Shown here piece after piece: positions 37,213-45,723 of a DNA stretch of 64,000 bases. Source of the DNA: Anaerolineales bacterium (GTDB lineage Bacteria > Chloroflexota > Anaerolineae > Anaerolineales > UBA4823); assembly GCA_035286585.1 (NCBI GenBank), contig DATEDC010000195.1:4139-68138 (forward strand). Reading direction: 5' to 3'. The notes beneath the pieces were generated by a model, which saw only the letters and a list, made by a program, of their open reading frames with translations, was not told the origin of the DNA and made no database searches. How positions within the stretch are numbered: the first letter of the stretch is position 1; the number at the start of each line of letters is the position of its first letter. A program made the translations under genes and the position numbers.

Positions 37213-39223
37213 GTTCTCTGCACGCCTGCGGCTCATCAGCAAAGCCCTGCTAGAACTCGGACCCAGCCAGCTCGCTTTGTATGGGTTGTACCGGCTGGGG
37301 CTGATTTCGGGTTATTTCCGCTGGCAGACGTCCTCCGTCGAACGGGCACCTGAGCAGGGAGCCAACAGGTACACGCTCAAGCCGATGCTCGTATTGCCCC
37401 CTCGGCAGGAGTTGATCTCGATTTTGGACGAGGTTGGCTACGCCCGCTTGCTCGGACAGGCGGAGGAGATCGTCGCGGGAGGCGTGCGCCTGTTCGGCGG
37501 AGAGCTGCGCCCGCTCAAGCTCCAACCCCCCGAACCCCGGCTGCATTGGACGGCATACGAGCAGGAGGGCATTCCTGGGGAAGAAGATGTGAAAGATTTC
37601 TGGGAGCCAGCCCGTTTTGGGTGGGCGTATACCCTTGGACGGGCGTATTATCTCAGCGGCGAGGAGCGCTATGCGAGGGCTTTCTGGGATTATACCCTTG
37701 AGTTTCTCCATGCCAATCCACCCTACATGGGTTTGAATTGGATTTCTTCGCAGGAGGCAGCACTGCGCTTGATCGCTCTTGTGTACGCGGCCCAGATATT
37801 CGCGGATTCTCCGCACTCAAGCCTCGAGCGTATGGAACGATTGGGCTGGCTCGTCGCCTGCCATGCACGGCGCATGCCGCCCACACTGGTCTACGCCCGA
37901 GCGCAGAACAACAACCATCTGCTCGCCGAGGCGGCGGGTTTGCTCACCGCAAGCCTAACATTGCCCGATCACCCGCGCAGTGCAGGCTGGCGGTCGGCGG
38001 GCTGGCGCTGGTTTATCTACGGGCTGCGAACCCAGATTCAGCCAAACGGCGCCTACACCCAGCACAGCGCAAATTACCAGCGCGTGATGCTGCAACTGGC
38101 GCTGTGGGTGGCAGCAATTGCCAGAACGCAGCAGATGGAATTCCCCACAGCAGGGCAGGGCAAATTACAAGCCGCCACCCAGTGGCTGATCGCCCTGCTC
38201 GATCCGCTCAGCGGCAGGCTTCCGAACCTGGGGCCGAACGATGGGGCGTATGTTCTACCATTGACCGTATGCCCGTTTGCAGATTATCGCCCCGTCCTGC
38301 AGGCGGCTGCGCTGGAATTTCTGGGCCAAACACTCGTACCGGCGGGGGAATGGGACGAAATGAGCGCCTGGCTCGTTCGTCCGGAAAAGCGTGGAAGCCG
38401 CATTGCAAGCCAGGCGCGGCTGGAAAAGCGATCGGCAAATACGGACCCACAGGTGCTGGTGAACCGACGCAGCGAATCCTGGGCTTATCTGCGTACAGCT
38501 CGCTTTACCTCCCGCCCGGGCCATGCCGACCAGCTCCACCTGGACTTGTGGTGGCGGGGAATGAATATCGCTCAAGACGCCGGCACCTATCTCTACAACG
38601 CGCCAAAACCCTGGGACAACTCTCTGGCTCGCACCGCGGTGCACAACACCTTGACGATCAACGGACAGGATCAAATGCTGCTGGCAGGGCGATTTTTGTG
38701 GCTGTATTGGGCTTACAGCCGGGTACTGGAGTGCGACCAGGCGGCTGGGGATGGGACGCCCTGCCTGGTTGCCGAGCACGATGGCTATAGCCGTCTCGGG
38801 ATGATTCATCGTCGCTCGGTTGAGGCGCAAAAAGATGGGAACTGGATCATCGAAGACAGGCTGATCTTTTCCCATCCGAGGCGGGCGAGGCGCTACCTGC
38901 CGGCGCGTATCCGCCTGCATTGGCTGGCGCCCGATTGGCTCTGGCGCTGCGATCAGGCGGAAGACTGGGTCGCTTTCGAGTTAGAATCACCCCAAGGATG
39001 GATTCGGCTGACTATCTTTGCGGAGCAAGATGCTCAGCCTGCGCCTGAGCTCGAGCCTCTGATCGTCCGAGCCGGGGAGAAATTGTCCGGCTCAGAGGAG
39101 GCGCACCCTACCTGGGGATGGGCGTCTCCCTCCTACGGCATAAAGATTCCAGCCCTATCGCTATCGGTAACTGTCAGCGCCTCAGCGCCGGTCAGGCTGG
39201 TCAGCGTCTGGCAGTTGCCATAG
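37205..39223 (+). CDS. Heparinase II/III-family protein
   Basis: K.FWEPARF, NW.S.QE.ALR, NNHL, HSANY, G.NDG, GHADQL, DAGTY.Y, HNT, HDGY; TTG start overlapping upstream stop is inferred. Confidence 0.85.
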   Translation: MARFSARLRLISKALLELGPSQLALYGLYRLGLISGYFRWQTSSVERAPEQGANRYTLKPMLVLPPRQELISILDEVGYARLLGQAEEIVAGGVRLFGGELRPLKLQPPEPRLHWTAYEQEGIPGEEDVKDFWEPARFGWAYTLGRAYYLSGEERYARAFWDYTLEFLHANPPYMGLNWISSQEAALRLIALVYAAQIFADSPHSSLERMERLGWLVACHARRMPPTLVYARAQNNNHLLAEAAGLLTASLTLPDHPRSAGWRSAGWRWFIYGLRTQIQPNGAYTQHSANYQRVMLQLALWVAAIARTQQMEFPTAGQGKLQAATQWLIALLDPLSGRLPNLGPNDGAYVLPLTVCPFADYRPVLQAAALEFLGQTLVPAGEWDEMSAWLVRPEKRGSRIASQARLEKRSANTDPQVLVNRRSESWAYLRTARFTSRPGHADQLHLDLWWRGMNIAQDAGTYLYNAPKPWDNSLARTAVHNTLTINGQDQMLLAGRFLWLYWAYSRVLECDQAAGDGTPCLVAEHDGYSRLGMIHRRSVEAQKDGNWIIEDRLIFSHPRRARRYLPARIRLHWLAPDWLWRCDQAEDWVAFELESPQGWIRLTIFAEQDAQPAPELEPLIVRAGEKLSGSEEAHPTWGWASPSYGIKIPALSLSVTVSASAPVRLVSVWQLP

Positions 39224-39294
39224 CTCGTGAGTTAATGCCGGTGAACCCGCGCAGGTGTTCGTCTGGCTTCGATCCTGGGTAAAAGACTATCCGC

Positions 39295-40515
39295 ATGCAT
39301 ATCCTGCTCATCCACCAGGCATTCGCCTCTCTCGATGAACCCGGCGGCACGCGCCACCACGAATTGTCCCGCTACTTGGTCGGTCGTGGGCAGCGCGTCA
39401 CGGTCATTGCCAGCCCAGTCAGCTACCTGACGGGCGCCGCCAGAGGAGATCGCCCCGAGATGAAACATGAGCCGCTAGATGAAGGCGTGGAGGTGCAGCG
39501 AGCCTACACCTATGCGGCGCTCCACCGGAGTTTCGTACATCGGGTGATCAGCTTCATCAGCTTCATGCTGTCTTCGTTTTATGCTGGCTTGCGGGTAAAA
39601 AATGTTGATGTGCTCTGGGGCACTTCCCCGCCGATCTTTCAGGGGCTGACCGCCTGGGCGTTGGCGCGCTTGAAGGGGGCGCCCTTTCTCTTCGAGGTGC
39701 GCGATTTGTGGCCTGCCTTTGCGGTGGCTGTTGGCGTGATGCGGCAGCCTGCGCTTGTATACGCTGCGGAGAAGGTGGAGCGCTTCCTTTACCGGCGGGC
39801 AGATGTGGTCGTCGTCAACTCGCCCGGGTTTATCGACTATGTTCGGGAGCGAGGCGCCAGGAAGGTGGTCCTGGTGCCGAACGGCTCCGACACGCGCATG
39901 TTCGACCCCCAGGCAGACGGCGCGGACTTCCGCCGGGCGTATAATTTGGAGGATAAGTACGTGGCGCTGTATGCAGGGGCGCATGGGATGTCCAATGACC
40001 TGGAGGTCGTGCTGGAAGCCGCAAGGCTGCTCCAGAGGCGGGAAGAGATCTTGATCCTGCTAGTTGGGGATGGTAAGGAAAAACCCGCTTTGGTGGGCAA
40101 AGCCCAGGCGATGGGCCTGACTAATGTGCGTTTTCTCCCTCCGGTGGCAAAAGTGGATATGGGCGCAGCGTTGGCCGCGGCAGACGCCTGCATTGCCATC
40201 CTGAAGCCGGTGGCGATGTACAAGACCGTCTATCCCAATAAGGTTTTCGATTACATGGCGGCGGGGCGTCCGGTGATCCTGGCGATTGACGGCGTGATTC
40301 GCGAGCTGGTCGAGAAAGCGGGGGCGGGCATACCCGTGCCGCCGGGAGACGCCAGGGCGCTGCGGGAGGCGATAGAAAGCCTGGCAGATGACCGACCAGC
40401 GGGCAAAGCCATGGGGCTGCGCGGCCGCCAGTACGTTGAAGAGCATTTTGACCGCCCGATACTGGCGGAAAAAATGCTGGCGACCATGCGAGCACTTATC
40501 CCGACGAAGGGTTAA
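39295..40515 (+). CDS. Glycosyltransferase family 4 (WbuB-like)
   Basis: TSPP, FEVRDLWP, PNG, PNKVFDYMAAGRP. Confidence 0.92.
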   Translation: MHILLIHQAFASLDEPGGTRHHELSRYLVGRGQRVTVIASPVSYLTGAARGDRPEMKHEPLDEGVEVQRAYTYAALHRSFVHRVISFISFMLSSFYAGLRVKNVDVLWGTSPPIFQGLTAWALARLKGAPFLFEVRDLWPAFAVAVGVMRQPALVYAAEKVERFLYRRADVVVVNSPGFIDYVRERGARKVVLVPNGSDTRMFDPQADGADFRRAYNLEDKYVALYAGAHGMSNDLEVVLEAARLLQRREEILILLVGDGKEKPALVGKAQAMGLTNVRFLPPVAKVDMGAALAAADACIAILKPVAMYKTVYPNKVFDYMAAGRPVILAIDGVIRELVEKAGAGIPVPPGDARALREAIESLADDRPAGKAMGLRGRQYVEEHFDRPILAEKMLATMRALIPTKG

Positions 40516-41389
40516 TTTCAGGCAGCAAGCGAAAAACGCCATCCGGGTCGGGGGAAAAATTCCGTACGGCAGCTACCGCCTCGATATTGATTGGGCCATA
40601 GATGTGGGGGAAGACCTCATCAGTCACTGCTTCCCACCTGATGGGCGCCTTTACCTTGAGCGGATCGATCAACAACAGGGCTAACGGACTGGCAGCCTGG
40701 TAAAAATTGTTGGCGGCGCGCAGTACCTGGTCGAGGCGCGAGCAGTGGATGAAGTTGCCCTGCTTGAGCGGTTCGGGGGCATAGGCGCCCGATTTCAGAG
40801 CGGCCTGCCAGTCATGCGGCTGGCAAATGTGGAAGAGATAATCCGTGGCGCCTGGGAAGTGATCCCGGGTGTTTATCTGTTCACGCCAATCTTCTCGGGT
40901 AATCCCGAACAACCACTCATTCAATGCCAGGCCGCGCTTGCGCACTGCCTTGCGGATCGTCCCCTCCAATTGAAAGCCGTTTTTTTCGAAAATCCCCCTG
41001 CTCGCCCAATTGCCAACGAACACATAGCCCTCGATTTTTTCGAGCCCCAGAGCGTCGAAACCATAGGCGAGCAGCTTGCGAACGACCTGCGTTCCATAAC
41101 CCTTATCCTGGTACGGCTGCCCAATCCACAGCCCGATATCGCCGCGAAATTTATCCGCATCAGGGCGAATGCTGGCGCTGCCAATCGGCTGACCAGAGAC
41201 CGACTCGATAATCGTAAAGATGAATCGTTCGCCGCGGGCGACCTGCAAGGCGCGCTCGTCCAGGGCATTGCGAAACGATTCCAGGGATTCTGGCCCATCC
41301 CAGACCAGGGTGTCCGCGACCAGTGTGTTGAAGATCAACGGAAATAACGCCTCTGCGTCGCTGCCTTGCACGGGTTGCAGAAAGATCAT
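40496..41389 (-). CDS. RimJ/RimL-type GNAT acetyltransferase fused to DUF952
   Basis: IGLWIG.PYQDKGYGT, N.AS..IFEKNGF..EG; C-terminal FHIC...FIHCS...FPHIYGPIN..AV. Confidence 0.88.
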   Translation of the reverse strand: MIFLQPVQGSDAEALFPLIFNTLVADTLVWDGPESLESFRNALDERALQVARGERFIFTIIESVSGQPIGSASIRPDADKFRGDIGLWIGQPYQDKGYGTQVVRKLLAYGFDALGLEKIEGYVFVGNWASRGIFEKNGFQLEGTIRKAVRKRGLALNEWLFGITREDWREQINTRDHFPGATDYLFHICQPHDWQAALKSGAYAPEPLKQGNFIHCSRLDQVLRAANNFYQAASPLALLLIDPLKVKAPIRWEAVTDEVFPHIYGPINIEAVAAVRNFSPDPDGVFRLLPEINPSSG

Positions 41390-42624
41390 TGTCCCTGCTC
41401 CCGGAGAACGGCGAGCACCCGCTCCAGCACGGCTTCGGCGACCTCATATTTGCTCATCAGGGGCAGGCTTTCGACCTCACCGCGCGAGTCGAGCAATGTG
41501 ACGCGGTTGGTATCTGCGCCAAAGCCCGCATCCAGCGCAGTGATGTCGTTAGCGACCATTATATCCACGCGTTTCGACCTCATTTTCGCCCCGGCGCTCT
41601 CGATCACTTTTTGACTTTCGGCGGCGAATCCAACCGTCACTTTTGGATAGCCGGTTTTGGCTTTGCGGTCTGCTACGGCTGCCAGGATATCCGGGGTGGG
41701 GATCAACTCGAGGCGAGGCGGACCGGCTTCCCGTTTAAATTTTTCGGAGGCGGATCGAGCGGGCTTGAAGTCTGCCACGGCTGCCGCCATGATCAGGGCA
41801 TCCGCCTGCGGCGTGGATTCTTGCACCGCGGAGAGCATCTCCTCGGCGGTCAGCACGTTCATGCGCCTGGCGCCCACGGGTGTTTCGAGACAGACCGGCC
41901 CGGCGATCAGGTCCACCTTTGCGCCCAGATCGAGGGCGGCTTGCGCCAGGGCAAACCCCTGTTTTCCCGAGGAGCGGTTGCTCAGCACCCGGACGGGGTC
42001 GACCGGCTCCTGGTTTCCGCCAGCAGTGACGACGATTTTACGACCCTGCAAGAGCCCTCCACGGGCAAGAGCCAGGCGGATGTGCCCGAGCAAATCGACG
42101 GGTTCTACCATCCTGCCCACTCCGAGCTGGCCGGAAGCAAGATGTCCTTCGGCTGGACCGACGATAATGGCGCCTCGTTGGCGCAGAATTTCCAGGTTTG
42201 CCTGGGTTGCCGGGTGGGTGAACATGCCGCCGTCCATGGCGGGCGCTACCAGCATCGGGCAGGGCGCTGCCAGTGCGGCCACGCTCAGTAAATTATCGGC
42301 GATGCCCAGGGCAATTTTTGCAAGGGTGTTGGCGGTCGCCGGCGCGATGACCAGCAGGTCGGCGTTATGCGCCAGGCCGATGTGAACCACATGGCCCTCG
42401 CGGTCCCACAGGTCCGAGTCGGTGAATACCCGCCGACCGGTTACAGACTGGAGGGTTAAAGGGGTAATAAATTGCAGAGCCGACTGGGTCAGGATGGCGT
42501 CCACAAGCGCGCCCATCTGGCTGAGCTTGGAAGCCAGATCGGCGGCTTTGTAGCAAGCAATGGAGCCGGTAATGCCCAGGAGGATGCGCTTGGTTTTTAT
42601 CGGGTTGCCCATGGGAAATTCCAT
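41386..42624 (-). CDS. coaBC: Phosphopantothenoylcysteine decarboxylase/ligase
   Basis: GITGSIACYK, APATAN, PAM, DPVR.LSN.SSGK.G, AAVADF, GFAAE, VAND. Confidence 0.96.
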   Translation of the reverse strand: MEFPMGNPIKTKRILLGITGSIACYKAADLASKLSQMGALVDAILTQSALQFITPLTLQSVTGRRVFTDSDLWDREGHVVHIGLAHNADLLVIAPATANTLAKIALGIADNLLSVAALAAPCPMLVAPAMDGGMFTHPATQANLEILRQRGAIIVGPAEGHLASGQLGVGRMVEPVDLLGHIRLALARGGLLQGRKIVVTAGGNQEPVDPVRVLSNRSSGKQGFALAQAALDLGAKVDLIAGPVCLETPVGARRMNVLTAEEMLSAVQESTPQADALIMAAAVADFKPARSASEKFKREAGPPRLELIPTPDILAAVADRKAKTGYPKVTVGFAAESQKVIESAGAKMRSKRVDIMVANDITALDAGFGADTNRVTLLDSRGEVESLPLMSKYEVAEAVLERVLAVLREQGQ

Positions 42625-42650
42625 TTCCTATCCACTACCCCGAGCCATAC

Positions 42651-43400
42651 CTAAGGTCGAGCGACGAAACTCAGGGTAACTTTCACTTCATCCTCAGTTT
42701 TCAAGATTCCGGCGATATCGATGGGTCCAAAGCCAAAGTCGCTCATCAAAATCGTGGTGGTGGCTTCGCCAGTCAGGCTGTCGGCTTCAATTTGAACCGT
42801 AGTCTTTAAAGTGATCGGCAGTGTAGTCTCACGGATGGTGAGCTCACCGCTGATCTGTAGCTGCACGACCTGACCCTCCTGGTAGGAGGTGGGTAAACCA
42901 GCGATCTCGCTGGCGATGAACGTGACGATGGGATAGCGCCGTGATTCGATGAAGCGGTCACGCAAGGCATTATCCCGCCGGCTGCTGTTTGAGGTAAACT
43001 GGCTGATGTCCGCAGTGATCGCTCCCATGCTGCTTTTTTGTGGCTCCGCCAGGTTTACCAGGATTTCTCCGTTGATCTGGGTTGTCACACCAACGGCGAC
43101 ATTGAAGCGGTTGTTCTCGTTTAAAAATACCTCTCCAACTTCATATTGTAACTTAGATTCACCCGCTACAATCCGGTATGTGACAGTTTCAGACGGGCCG
43201 GGTTCTTCAGCGTTCGTGGGTGCAGGCGCTTCGATCGGATCGATAGGCGCTGTGGTCGATTCGCGGGTAGGTGTGTTTGAGGCCACCGGCTCGGTTGCTT
43301 CGAGCGCTGGAACTCCCTCGGTTGCATCTGGGATTGCCTGGACCCCGCAAGCTGCGATGAGCAGGGCGAGGGCGAGACAGAGCAGGGATTGTTTTTTCAT
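42651..43400 (-). CDS. YceI-family lipoprotein
   Basis: Lipobox IAAC; RRDNALR...YP..TF...GELTIR...DFG...DEV. Confidence 0.88.
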   Translation of the reverse strand: MKKQSLLCLALALLIAACGVQAIPDATEGVPALEATEPVASNTPTRESTTAPIDPIEAPAPTNAEEPGPSETVTYRIVAGESKLQYEVGEVFLNENNRFNVAVGVTTQINGEILVNLAEPQKSSMGAITADISQFTSNSSRRDNALRDRFIESRRYPIVTFIASEIAGLPTSYQEGQVVQLQISGELTIRETTLPITLKTTVQIEADSLTGEATTTILMSDFGFGPIDIAGILKTEDEVKVTLSFVARP

Positions 43401-43504
43401 GATTTACTTCCTTGATGGATGTTGCTTTGCCAGAGGGATAAGTCTGCCAGTACAATCTACTGTACGTGGAATCAGGTTGGCTGGATGGTCGAGAAGATGA
43501 TACT

Positions 43505-44365
43505 CTATACGCAGGGATAGCTGGCTGAGATCTGCGCGGCGACCAGGCGGTCATGACCGGCCAGATCAAGGATCAGCTCGATTTTCGCACGCGGAAAGGC
43601 AGCCGAAACAATTTTGCAAACCGCTTCGCCCTGGCTGGCTTCGATTTCCAGCAGGAGCAGGCTGTACCCGGCCAGCGATTGGGGCGCTTGGGCAACAAGG
43701 CCGCGGATCAACTCCAATCCGTCCTGACCGCCGCGTAAGGCTATATTGGGCTCCCAACGGTGCACTTTCAAGCGCTTTAATACTTTTACCGAAATATAGG
43801 GAAGGTTAGCGCAGATTAAACTAAAGCCAGCCGCAGTGGGGGGGATGAGATCGGACTGTACGCATTCGATACGCGCTTCCAGGTTGTGTAGCTTGACATT
43901 CGAGCGCGCAATTTCCAGCGCGGGGAGAGAGATATCGCTGGCGATCACCCGCAGGCCGGGGTGATTTTTAGCGAGCGCTACAGCGATGCAGCCTGAGCCC
44001 GTGCCAATATCGGCGGCCAGGTGTTCGCCTGGATGCGCGCGCAGCCAGTGCAAAGCCTTTTCCACCAGCAGCTCGGTTTCAGGGCGCGGGATCAGCACGG
44101 CCGGCGAAAGCTGGAATTTCAGCCCATAGAATTCCCATTCACCGATGACATAGGGCAGCGGCTCACCCGCCTCAAGCCGGGCGATCTTTTCGGCGATGAG
44201 GGCGATTTGCTGGGCAGAGAGCAGCGCCTCCGAATGCGCCAGCACCCAGGCGCGATTTTTTCCCGCCACATGGGCAAGTAGCACCTGGGCGTCCAACCGA
44301 GGTGTTTGGCTTACTCCGGCAAGCCTGGAGGCCAGTTCAGAATATTGATCGGCGATCGATTTCAA
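43505..44365 (-). CDS. prmC: Release factor glutamine methyltransferase
   Basis: GEPL.Y, LIPRPETE.LV, DIGTGSGCIA, ANLPY; follows prfA. Confidence 0.95.
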   Translation of the reverse strand: MKSIADQYSELASRLAGVSQTPRLDAQVLLAHVAGKNRAWVLAHSEALLSAQQIALIAEKIARLEAGEPLPYVIGEWEFYGLKFQLSPAVLIPRPETELLVEKALHWLRAHPGEHLAADIGTGSGCIAVALAKNHPGLRVIASDISLPALEIARSNVKLHNLEARIECVQSDLIPPTAAGFSLICANLPYISVKVLKRLKVHRWEPNIALRGGQDGLELIRGLVAQAPQSLAGYSLLLLEIEASQGEAVCKIVSAAFPRAKIELILDLAGHDRLVAAQISASYPCV

Positions 44366-44408
44366 AACAGCGCCTGGAAGAGGGCACTCTTTAGTGGCAG
44401 ATCAACGG

Positions 44409-45476
44409 CTAATTTTCTAAGCCTACCGCAGCCAACCGTTCTGCCTCGGCGCGAGTGGCCAGCTCATCGATAAACTCGTCGATTGCACCTTCCATCACTG
44501 CCGGTAAATTGTAGTTGGACAGGTTGATGCGATGATCTGTCACTCGCGATTGGGGATAGTTGTAAGTGCGGATCTTTTCGGCTCGCTCGCCGGTGCCCAC
44601 CTGCGAGCGGCGGTCTTCTTCAAGCGCCAGGCGGCGCTTTTCCTCTTCGATCTCGTATAACCGGGCGCGGAGAATGCTCATCGCCCGCTGGCGATTCTGG
44701 AGCTGGGAGCGCTCATCCTGGCATTGAACCACAATCCCGGTGGGGAGATGGGTGATCCGCACTGCGGTGGCGTTTTTCTGAACGTTTTGACCGCCGGCGC
44801 CAGCGGATTTATACACATCCATGCGGATATCGTTCTCCGGGATATCCACTTCTACTTCGTCCACCTCCGCCAAAACAGCGACCGTCGCCGTGGAGGTGTG
44901 AATACGCCCCTGGGATTCGGTCACCGGGACGCGTTGGACGCGGTGGACGCCGGATTCGTACTTCAGGCGTGAATACGCCCCGCGACCTTTCACTAAAAGA
45001 ATAATTTCCTTGAACCCACCGATGCCAATTTCGTTGGCTGAGAGCACTTCAATCGACCAGTTGCGCTTTTCGGCATAGCGGTTGTACATGCGGAACAAAT
45101 CTGCAGCGAACAAGGCTGCCTCGTCTCCGCCTGTGCCGGCCCGAATTTCCATAATGACGTTGCGTTGGTCGCGTTTATCAGTGGGCAGCAGCATGCTCTT
45201 CAGCTCAGCCTCGAGTTTTTCGAGCTGCGGTTCGATTTCTTGGATTTCGGCTTCGGCTAACGAGCGCAGCTCATCATCGTCCGCGTTTTGCAATTCCTCG
45301 GCTTCATCACGGCGAGCCAGGAATTGGCGGTACTGGCGGGCTTTGCTCACCAGGGGTTCCAGCTCGGCGCGCTCGATGCCCAACTCGGCTGCGCGCTGGT
45401 AATCATCCCCCACTTCAAGGAGAAGCCGGTTGATCTCTTCGTATCTTTCTTCAACGCCTTTTAGTTTATCTAGCAT
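44409..45476 (-). CDS. prfA: Peptide chain release factor 1
   Basis: GTGGDEA, GVHRVQRVPVTES (PVT motif), GAGGQ, IRTYNYPQ.R.TDHR. Confidence 0.97.
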   Translation of the reverse strand: MLDKLKGVEERYEEINRLLLEVGDDYQRAAELGIERAELEPLVSKARQYRQFLARRDEAEELQNADDDELRSLAEAEIQEIEPQLEKLEAELKSMLLPTDKRDQRNVIMEIRAGTGGDEAALFAADLFRMYNRYAEKRNWSIEVLSANEIGIGGFKEIILLVKGRGAYSRLKYESGVHRVQRVPVTESQGRIHTSTATVAVLAEVDEVEVDIPENDIRMDVYKSAGAGGQNVQKNATAVRITHLPTGIVVQCQDERSQLQNRQRAMSILRARLYEIEEEKRRLALEEDRRSQVGTGERAEKIRTYNYPQSRVTDHRINLSNYNLPAVMEGAIDEFIDELATRAEAERLAAVGLEN

Positions 45477-45562
45477 ACCTATCCTGCACTGGCTCGTGAG
45501 GCGTCCCAGGTTTTCGGAGGAAGCCCGGGGGCGCACCACGGGTTATTAAATTCGCATAATTA

Positions 45563-45593
45563 AGGCACAAAGTTCGTGGAAAACTTTGTGCCT
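45563..45593. repeat. Perfect 12 bp hairpin in the prfA leader region
   Basis: AGGCACAAAGTT-cgtggaa-AACTTTGTGCCT. Confidence 0.75.
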
Positions 45594-45610
45594 CGGCCTA
45601 GCAAATACTG

Positions 45611-45619
45611 ATTATACCA
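45611..45619 (-). promoter_or_regulatory. Extended -10 promoter (TGgTATAAT) for prfA-prmC
   Basis: Consensus match on the minus strand. Confidence 0.6.
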
Positions 45620-45723
45620 TTGGAACTTTTTTTCGCTGGAAAGCGTCTTGGCATCAAAATGGAGCCGCGAATTATTTATCTCCCATCTGGTTCGCCAGAC
45701 GATTCATCTCTTGGAGGGGTGCG

